Shown here one piece after another: positions 5,888 to 12,017 of a stretch of 12,017 nt of DNA. This DNA comes from an uncultured bacterium. Lineage in GTDB: Bacteria > Abyssobacteria > SURF-5. Position 1 is the stretch's first letter; each line of letters begins with the position of its first letter. The stretch lies in contig CAZSKP010000066.1 of the NCBI GenBank assembly GCA_964607485.1, positions 1 to 12,017 on the forward strand, written 5' to 3'. Made by a program: the position numbers and the translations under genes. The notes below the pieces were generated by a model. That model was given only the letters and a program-made list of their open reading frames with translations, did not search any database and was not told where the DNA came from.

Positions 5888-7534
5888 ATGAAGATGTTTC
5901 TTGTTCGACCACTGAATAACGAACGCGGAGCCCTCCTCGTCATCATCGCCTCAGTGATGTCGCTCTGTGTCGCGTTCACCGCCATCATGCTGCAGAACGC
6001 CATTTCCGACAACCGCCAAGCGGACACAAACCTGAGAAAGAAAGAGGCGCTCTACACCGCCGAGGGGGTGCTGGAGGTGGCCAAATCGAGGATTCTGAGC
6101 CAGACGGCCAATTATCGCCCCGTCGGCGCAACGGGCACGGTGACTCTCAACGGTCAGCCGGTCTCCTATTCCATCACCCCGCTCTACGCAGAACAGACCG
6201 TCTTCGACACCGACGGACTCATGAGCCAGATTCAGGCCTATCTGCTCCGCTGCACGGCGACGGCCGATGACGTCCCCACGACGGTCGAGAAGATAATCGG
6301 CTGCTCGAAGATGCCGCTGTTTCAATTCGCCATCTTCTACGACGACGACCTGGAGCTCCTGCCCGGCCCCAACATGACGCTCTCCGGCAGGGTCCACTCG
6401 AATGATGACATCTACGTGGGCAGCCGCAACACGCTCACCGTCGACTCCAACTACTTCCGCTCGGCCGGGAACATCTATCTCGCGCGGAAGGACGACCCGC
6501 TGGATTTGATGGGCGGGACGGTGAGGATCGAGGTCAACGACGGCTCGGGCACCTTCGCTGACCTCACGTTCGACAGCACCTCGCCCACGTGGACCGTCGA
6601 TGCGCTCAACACGTGGATGGGGACCGTCCAAAGCACCGACCACGGCATCACCGAGCTGACGCCTCCCTCGGTGCAAACGATAGACGCCTTTGTGCCCGAG
6701 GCAGGGGGCGACTACGTCGACAACGGCGACGGGACGTACACGCAAGTGGCTCCCGGAACGGGCGATTCCACCCGTGGCTACTACCACAGCCAGGCCGACC
6801 TGGCCATCATCGACGGGGTGGCATACAACAAGGCCGGCGCGGACGTGACGGCAATGCTTCCGCCCGGCACAATCACCACCGCGACGATGTACGACGGCCG
6901 CGAGAATGAAGACATCACGGTCACTGAGATCGACGTCAAGAAGTTGTTCGACAGCGGCGTTCTCGTCGGGCACTCCGACCCGAACGGGGCGCTCGTCTAT
7001 GCTACACGCTCCGACACGACGGCCGCTCAGCCGAACGGCATTCGGTTGAAAAACGCCTCCGAGCTGGGAGACGGCTTCACCGTGTGTTCCGACAGTCCGG
7101 TGTATTCCTGGGGAGACTACAACAGCGTCAACAAGAAGCCCGCCGCCATCATATCGGACGCGGTCAACATCCTGTCCAACGCATGGAACGACACCAAGAG
7201 CGCGGGCACACTGCCCAACGCCAGCGAAACCATCTTCAACGCGGCGCTCATCTCGGGCGCTTACGACACGCTGGCCGGCGCGTATAACGGCGGATTGGAA
7301 AATCTGCCCCGGTTCCACGAAAACTGGAATGGGGTGCCGCTGCACATCCGCGGCTCTTTCGTCAATATCTTCAACAGCCAGTATGCGCAGGGGCTCTGGG
7401 TGTACGGCGGCGACAACTACACGGCGCCCGTTCGTGACTGGAACTACGATACCGACTTCAACAATTCGGCGAATCTGCCGCCTTATACTCCCATCAGCGC
7501 CTCGGTGTTCAACGTCGTTTACGACGCGAAATAG
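5888..7534 (+). CDS. PilX-like pilin N-terminus fused to a large C-terminal beta-rich domain (548 aa)
   Basis: NERG|ALLVI class III signal lacking Glu5 (PilX/GspK type), 'ALYTAEG' helix, then a long Gly/Asp/Thr/Asn-rich region (FQFAIFY...GRVHSN...GGLENLPRFHENW...RDWNYD). Confidence 0.8.
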   Translation: MKMFLVRPLNNERGALLVIIASVMSLCVAFTAIMLQNAISDNRQADTNLRKKEALYTAEGVLEVAKSRILSQTANYRPVGATGTVTLNGQPVSYSITPLYAEQTVFDTDGLMSQIQAYLLRCTATADDVPTTVEKIIGCSKMPLFQFAIFYDDDLELLPGPNMTLSGRVHSNDDIYVGSRNTLTVDSNYFRSAGNIYLARKDDPLDLMGGTVRIEVNDGSGTFADLTFDSTSPTWTVDALNTWMGTVQSTDHGITELTPPSVQTIDAFVPEAGGDYVDNGDGTYTQVAPGTGDSTRGYYHSQADLAIIDGVAYNKAGADVTAMLPPGTITTATMYDGRENEDITVTEIDVKKLFDSGVLVGHSDPNGALVYATRSDTTAAQPNGIRLKNASELGDGFTVCSDSPVYSWGDYNSVNKKPAAIISDAVNILSNAWNDTKSAGTLPNASETIFNAALISGAYDTLAGAYNGGLENLPRFHENWNGVPLHIRGSFVNIFNSQYAQGLWVYGGDNYTAPVRDWNYDTDFNNSANLPPYTPISASVFNVVYDAK

Positions 7535-7779
7535 ACGCGCCACATCGGGTTCACGACGAGGGGGGAGAGCCACGGGCTGAGGTCCCCGGATTGCCGCGAA
7601 ATCCTCGTTCTCACGAATTTTCTGACAATTTCCGGCAGTCCCAGACAATTTTTTGATGGTCTCGACACCAAACAAGGGAGGCAAAAGTCTCTGGCCAACA
7701 CCGCTGGATAGCGCGTAACATTTTACAGAATAAATGTTTACATGTGCCGCGGGGATGAGGAGTTCTGCTCCTCGGCTTG

Positions 7780-7795
7780 TGGCAGTCTTCTTGCA
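7780..7795 (+). promoter_or_regulatory. Sigma54 (-24/-12) promoter of pilin module 2
   Basis: TGGCAGTCTTCTTGCA: TGGC...TTGCA with exact GG-N10-GC spacing, about 55 nt upstream of the GTG start. Confidence 0.7.
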
Positions 7796-7849
7796 ACCTA
7801 CACAAGCGGGCAAATGGTCTTTAGAGGCGGAACGTGAGGGAGGAAACCA

Positions 7850-9619
7850 GTGAGAAGATTACGTCAATTTACAAGGAAATGCTGGCAGGGTGCCGGCCTC
7901 AATGAGAGAGGCATACTGCTGGTCTCCGTGGCCGTCGTGTTTACGCTGGCCGCGGCCTTCGTCACGGTGGCGGCCACGAGGACGGTCAACGACAGGCATT
8001 CCACCGCGACGAGAGACGAGAACATGGCCTCATTCTACGCAGCCCAGGCGGGCGAACAGGCGATGAAGGCGGCCATAAGGCAGGATGCGCTGGCAAGGTT
8101 TTCGGCGTTTCAGGCGGCATGGACGGGCGCCGGGGGCATGGGTACGCCCATCCTTGCCAATCCAACGACTTTCTTCGCGAACCAGGTCTCGCTTCCGGGA
8201 GTGCGGCTTCCAAACGGAACCTGTTACGATACGGTACAGGCCAATATTGCATTTGTCGCCCCCGCCGTGATCACGCCGACGAGCCAGGCTTACCAATTCG
8301 CGTACAACATCACGGCTCAGGGGACCGACCCGGATGACCCCGACCGTCTCGCAACCGTTTCCTCGGCCGGCAATTTCTGGATTCAGGTGCAGAGGCAGAG
8401 CTTCGCCAACTATGCGCTTTTCACGGGCACACATACGATGACCAACGGCACGCGCGTATGGTTCACCACCGACACGAATTTCACCGGTCGAGTGCACACC
8501 AACGGCAGATTCGCGTTTGCCTTCTTTCCGACATTCTCCAACGGAGCGGTCTCCAGCGTCTCGACCAATGCGTATTTCTACAACAACGGCAGCCCCGTAC
8601 TGCGTGACGCCGACAACAATGCGCCCAGGGACGTTCCGGTGTTCGGCGAGGGCTTTCAACGCGCAGCCGACCCGATCACGCTGCCGCCGAACGCGTTCGA
8701 CCAGCGCGCCGCCGCGGTGGGCGGGCCGGCTGCCGACAACGCCGAGCTGCGGGCGACGCTCGGATTGGCGCCAAGCACCGATCCTCCTCCCAACGGTATC
8801 TATATTCCGAACGACGGAACCTCGCTCACGGGGGGAATATACGTTCAGGGCAACGTGAACGACATCCAGCCATACGTTGACGGAAGCGAACGACAGTGTT
8901 ATCAGATCACGCATACAAACGGGATGAGCTCAAGCATCGTCGTTGACCAAGCAAACGACCAGACGACGGTCGATGGTATCACCTATCAGGGAGTGCCCAA
9001 CGGAGCGCTGTATGTGGCGGGCAACGTAAATTCCTTCGGCGGACCTGCCAGGCCGGACGAAAGTACAAGGCCGCCCGCAATCCAGTCAGACACGGCTGTG
9101 AGCCTTTTCTCCGAGGGAGACGTGGTAATCACTCGTGACGTCGTCTATGAGGACAACCCGCTCACCATGCCCGACGCGACAAACGTGCTGGGCATATTCA
9201 CTCCCGGCGGCGACATTCGCATCGGCACGAGCGCACCCGATGACGTGATGATTCACAGCACGCTGATGACTTCCCAATCCGATGGAGTCGTTCAGGTGGA
9301 CAGTTACAATTATGGAGAGCCGCGCGGGACGGCTACGATACTGGGCGGAGTCATCTCCAGTTACTACGGCGCGTTCGGCACGTTCAGCAGGGACGGGCAC
9401 CAGACGGGATACTCTCGAAACTTCGTGTACGACCGCCGGCTGAGCGGGGGTCTTGCGCCGCCGTTCTTCCCGACGACCAGCGTATTCAACCCGGCGAACT
9501 CGACGTTCAATCAGACTGCCTGGAGCTCCCAGCGGAGTTATGTGCCGGGCAATTCCGAGACTTTCCAGGTGCCCTCGAGTGAAGCCAGTCTCAATCCCAA
9601 CTTCTCCACTGGAGCGTGA
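7850..9619 (+). CDS. Second PilX-like pilin with a large C-terminal domain (DUF4900-like), 589 aa
   Basis: GGAGG SD, GTG start. NERG|ILLVS (no Glu5), 'SFYAAQAG', 'FANYALFT...FTGRVHTN', and C-terminal 'GYSRNFVYDRRL..G.APPFFP'. The DUF4900 assignment is from motif recall only. Confidence 0.8.
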   Translation: MRRLRQFTRKCWQGAGLNERGILLVSVAVVFTLAAAFVTVAATRTVNDRHSTATRDENMASFYAAQAGEQAMKAAIRQDALARFSAFQAAWTGAGGMGTPILANPTTFFANQVSLPGVRLPNGTCYDTVQANIAFVAPAVITPTSQAYQFAYNITAQGTDPDDPDRLATVSSAGNFWIQVQRQSFANYALFTGTHTMTNGTRVWFTTDTNFTGRVHTNGRFAFAFFPTFSNGAVSSVSTNAYFYNNGSPVLRDADNNAPRDVPVFGEGFQRAADPITLPPNAFDQRAAAVGGPAADNAELRATLGLAPSTDPPPNGIYIPNDGTSLTGGIYVQGNVNDIQPYVDGSERQCYQITHTNGMSSSIVVDQANDQTTVDGITYQGVPNGALYVAGNVNSFGGPARPDESTRPPAIQSDTAVSLFSEGDVVITRDVVYEDNPLTMPDATNVLGIFTPGGDIRIGTSAPDDVMIHSTLMTSQSDGVVQVDSYNYGEPRGTATILGGVISSYYGAFGTFSRDGHQTGYSRNFVYDRRLSGGLAPPFFPTTSVFNPANSTFNQTAWSSQRSYVPGNSETFQVPSSEASLNPNFSTGA

Positions 9620-9622
9620 GAC

Positions 9623-10027
9623 ATGAGTGTGAAAGGACATCTTTCGTTTAGCGGCATCTCGGACTTGATGGCCAGGGGGCGTTCCGGGCGGTACGGAGAC
9701 CTGAGGCTGCTCGGGCTGAGTCTCGGCATAATCTTGCTCTGCGCCGTGGCCCTGCTGGTTCTACAGGCGAGAAGCTCTTCCGAGAAAGCTTCGGCTTCTC
9801 CGGTCAGCACCGCCGTTGCCGCCCCGTCCGTCGGCGTACAGCCTGCGGCGCAGGAACCGACGATCGCGGTCTATGAGACAGGCTCGGCAGTGGCGCAACC
9901 CCACCTGCTCGACCAGCGGGCGGGACCGCACGGAATCGCCGCCGCGCCGCTTTCGCCCGAAGAGCACCGACGCATGCTCCGCGAGATGGCTGAACAGATT
10001 CCAGAGGGCCAGACAATCGTCTTCTAG
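9623..10027 (+). CDS. Hypothetical single-pass membrane protein
   Basis: Fills the gap between two pilin genes on the same strand (3 nt after the upstream stop). Hydrophobic segment LLGLSLGIILLCAVALLVL, Ala/Pro/Ser linker and short helical C-terminus. Confidence 0.65.
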   Translation: MSVKGHLSFSGISDLMARGRSGRYGDLRLLGLSLGIILLCAVALLVLQARSSSEKASASPVSTAVAAPSVGVQPAAQEPTIAVYETGSAVAQPHLLDQRAGPHGIAAAPLSPEEHRRMLREMAEQIPEGQTIVF

Positions 10028-10055
10028 CAGGAACCGGTAAAGGAGGGGATTTTCA

Positions 10056-10637
10056 ATGGGCATCGTGCGCAGCAACCGCGGTCTTACCCTCATAGAGATC
10101 GTGGTATCGGTCGCGATATTGATGTTTCTTGTGCTCGGTGTGGGCGCGATGCTCACGACGTCTCTCAGGGCCGACACGTATAACCAGGACCGCCACATAG
10201 CCGGTAACCTGGCGGCAGGCCTGACGGAAAAGATCGTTGATTATGCCTCGCAGGGCACGACCCAATTCGGCAACCTGATACAAAACAACTTTCAGGGGGC
10301 CATGCCCGGTCCTCAGCAGGCCATCACGGGAGTGCGTCCGGCGATTGCGGCCGAACCGGCGAATGACCGGCTGTACAACGATTTCGACGGCAACGGAGTG
10401 GCCGATTTCGGGATGTCGAGCAAAAGCATATTCGTGTACCAGTTGCTCATCGATGACATCACGGTAGGCGGGGCGACGGGGCTGCTCAAACGGATAACGG
10501 TCCGTATTTATTACGCGAACCAGAACTCCGTGCAGCCGGCGGTGGACCCCGTCAAGCACGCGGACCCCGGCGGCCTGCTGCCGCGCAGGTTTGGGTCTCC
10601 GCTCTCGGAAATAACCACCTACATCGCGCAGCCGTGA
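10056..10637 (+). CDS. Type IV minor pilin / pseudopilin, PilV-like
   Basis: AAGGAGG SD. SNRG|LTLIEIVVSVAILMF; DFDGNG motif; C-terminal 'LKRITVRIYY' strand. Confidence 0.88.
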   Translation: MGIVRSNRGLTLIEIVVSVAILMFLVLGVGAMLTTSLRADTYNQDRHIAGNLAAGLTEKIVDYASQGTTQFGNLIQNNFQGAMPGPQQAITGVRPAIAAEPANDRLYNDFDGNGVADFGMSSKSIFVYQLLIDDITVGGATGLLKRITVRIYYANQNSVQPAVDPVKHADPGGLLPRRFGSPLSEITTYIAQP

Positions 10638-10658
10638 AGAAGAGGGAGCGACGATTCG

Positions 10659-11186
10659 ATGAAGATAAGAGAAATGCGAAGTCCTCACAGAAATTCATCC
10701 GGCTTCTCGCTCATTGAACTTGCAATATCGTTGGTGGTCATGACTCTCATCATAATTGTCGTGCTGAAGTTCTGGATGGACACTTCGGACGCGTTCAGTC
10801 TCGACGGCAACGTCGTGACGACCAAGCAGCAGTCCGAGCGCGCCATGGAGATAATGACCGAGAGGATGCGTCGGGCCGACATGACGGTAGTGCCCTCCCC
10901 CTTTGTCGTGAGTAACGGAGGCGCCACCATCAGCTTTGTCGACAATTCCGACGGCAGCCAGGTCCAGTACAGCCTGGCGCCTCTCGCGCCCACCGCTCCG
11001 AACTGGGGACAGATCGTCCAGACCGTCAACGGCACGCAGAACGTTATCGCCAGCTATGCCGAGTCGCTTCAGTTCGCCGTTTCGCCCACCGACATGGTTA
11101 CCGTCACCGCGCGGTTTCATAAAGGCGACAAGCGTCGCACGGAGACATGGTTTACGCTGGAATCCAGCGTCTCGCCCCGGATGTAG
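10659..11186 (+). CDS. Type IV minor pilin / pseudopilin, PilW-like
   Basis: SSG|FSLIELAISLVVM; 'QQSERAMEIMTERMRRA' helix; C-terminal 'SSVSPRM'. Confidence 0.85.
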   Translation: MKIREMRSPHRNSSGFSLIELAISLVVMTLIIIVVLKFWMDTSDAFSLDGNVVTTKQQSERAMEIMTERMRRADMTVVPSPFVVSNGGATISFVDNSDGSQVQYSLAPLAPTAPNWGQIVQTVNGTQNVIASYAESLQFAVSPTDMVTVTARFHKGDKRRTETWFTLESSVSPRM

Positions 11187-11214
11187 TCAGGAACGAACCC
11201 GCACGGAGGCACAA

Positions 11215-11245
11215 GAAAAGCCCGGCTCTCGAACTGAGTCGGGCT
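11215..11245 (-). terminator. Intrinsic terminator hairpin between convergent genes
   Basis: Stem AGCCCGGCTC (11219..11228) / GAGTCGGGCT (11236..11245) with one non-Watson-Crick position. The U-tract follows on the minus strand. Confidence 0.65.
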
Positions 11246-11362
11246 AAAACATTGCGGCTCCGCGCCGCTATCATATGTCCGCTTCTGAGACTCCTCTCGC
11301 CCTCTCTGGAACTCCGCTTTTTGGGGGAATTCGCGAAATTTCCTCGCCAACGAGGGAAAGCC

Positions 11363-11680
11363 CTAGGCGATCAGGTCGAGAAATGTTCCCCGCTCGGCAA
11401 GCCCTCGTTGCCCGGTCTGCTGTTGAAGGTCCGGAGAAGTAAGGGGGGTCCGCTGCTCGTCTATCGTGGTGTCCTCGGCCTGAAGCCCGCCGACCGCGTT
11501 GTCCATGTCGTTTATCAGGATCTGGTCGTTGCGCGAACCCCGGACGGTGTCCTCCGCACCGAGCCTGTCGGCGGAGTTATTGGCGCCCGTCCGTGGATTG
11601 CGCACGGGATTCAGCACCGGATCGAGCTGATTCGGCAATAATGTAGTAAAAACGAGTGGATTTAGCGCTCGCTGACCCAT
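11363..11680 (-). CDS. Hypothetical low-complexity protein with a C-terminal GxxLDLxA motif
   Basis: GAGGG SD 5 nt before ATG. 105 aa, polar, ends RGTFLDLIA. Lies between two minus-strand terminators. Confidence 0.55.
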   Translation of the reverse strand: MGQRALNPLVFTTLLPNQLDPVLNPVRNPRTGANNSADRLGAEDTVRGSRNDQILINDMDNAVGGLQAEDTTIDEQRTPLTSPDLQQQTGQRGLAERGTFLDLIA

Positions 11681-11793
11681 ATTTTCCCTCGCTTAAAATT
11701 ATATCATCCAGCTGTCCTCCTGTCAATCTTCGTTGCTGGTCGAGCAGGCTCGCAGACACGATTGCGCTCTGGGACGGAGGCGGGGGGCCACAC

Positions 11794-11833
11794 AAAAAGA
11801 ATCCCCCGGGAACGCGTTTGCGTTCCCGGGGGA
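11794..11833 (-). terminator. Rho-independent terminator
   Basis: Perfect 14-bp stem TCCCCCGGGAACGC (11802..11815) / GCGTTCCCGGGGGA (11820..11833), 4-nt loop, followed on the minus strand by TTCTTTTT; 32 nt after the upstream stop. Confidence 0.9.
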
Positions 11834-11865
11834 GGTGTGTTGCCGGTTATGCCGGCCTTCAGGAT

Positions 11866-12017
11866 TTAGAAGACCAGCATGGCCTGTACGTACACGTAGT
11901 CGAGGTCGTCGTCGTGGCCAACGCCCCAAGAATTCTTGATCGCGTCATCGGCGAAGAAGTGCGCCCAACCGACGCGCAGATTCAGATCCTCGGTGTACTG
12001 GTAGTCGGCCAACAGGT
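11866..12017 (-). CDS. C-terminus of an outer-membrane beta-barrel protein (alginate-export/porin-like), partial
   Basis: The minus strand reads LLADYQYTEDLNLRVGWAHFFADDAIKNSWGVGHDDDLDYVYVQAMLVF*: alternating amphipathic strands and a terminal Phe (BAM signal), followed by a strong terminator. Confidence 0.75.
   Translation of the reverse strand, partial: LLADYQYTEDLNLRVGWAHFFADDAIKNSWGVGHDDDLDYVYVQAMLVF

Noticed and set aside
5951-7813. 620-aa minus-strand ORF
   Set aside because: Antisense shadow of the GC-rich PilX-like gene; Arg/Val/Gly-rich with no recognisable motifs. The same applies to 8030..8914, 9086..9640 and 10053..10688.
7535-7849. c-di-GMP riboswitch upstream of pilin module 2
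   Set aside because: GGCAAAAG is present, but the GEMM P1/P2 stems and GAAA tetraloop arrangement could not be built. The region is better explained by a sigma54 promoter.
11147-11641. 164-aa plus-strand ORF
   Set aside because: It overlaps the pilin gene end, a terminator hairpin and the better-supported minus-strand ORF; no SD or motifs.

Overview
Bacterial window, most likely from a diderm (an outer-membrane beta-barrel C-terminus lies at the right edge), in two parts. The left ~3.1 kb is a lower-GC accessory patch. It holds a GxxExxY (PD-(D/E)XK) nuclease-like gene framed by ~30-bp inverted repeats built from 10-bp tandem units, further short-period 'CCAC' repeats, and a two-gene unit encoding a signal-less trypsin-like serine protease and a stand-alone class III nucleotide cyclase (candidate undescribed signalling/defence module). 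It also holds an RHH-antitoxin/RelE-toxin pair whose toxin carries an in-frame REP-like insertion. An ABC ATPase without an adjacent permease and a dRS3-like (ATTCCC-N8-GGGAAT) double hairpin follow. The rest is GC-rich and contains two consecutive type IV minor-pilin/pseudopilin modules (PilV-PilW-PilX-like, then PilX-orf-PilV-PilW-like). Each has its own sigma54-type promoter and an unusually large PilX-like protein. The right end has two convergent minus-strand genes with intrinsic terminators. All calls come from motif reading by eye; no database searches were run.
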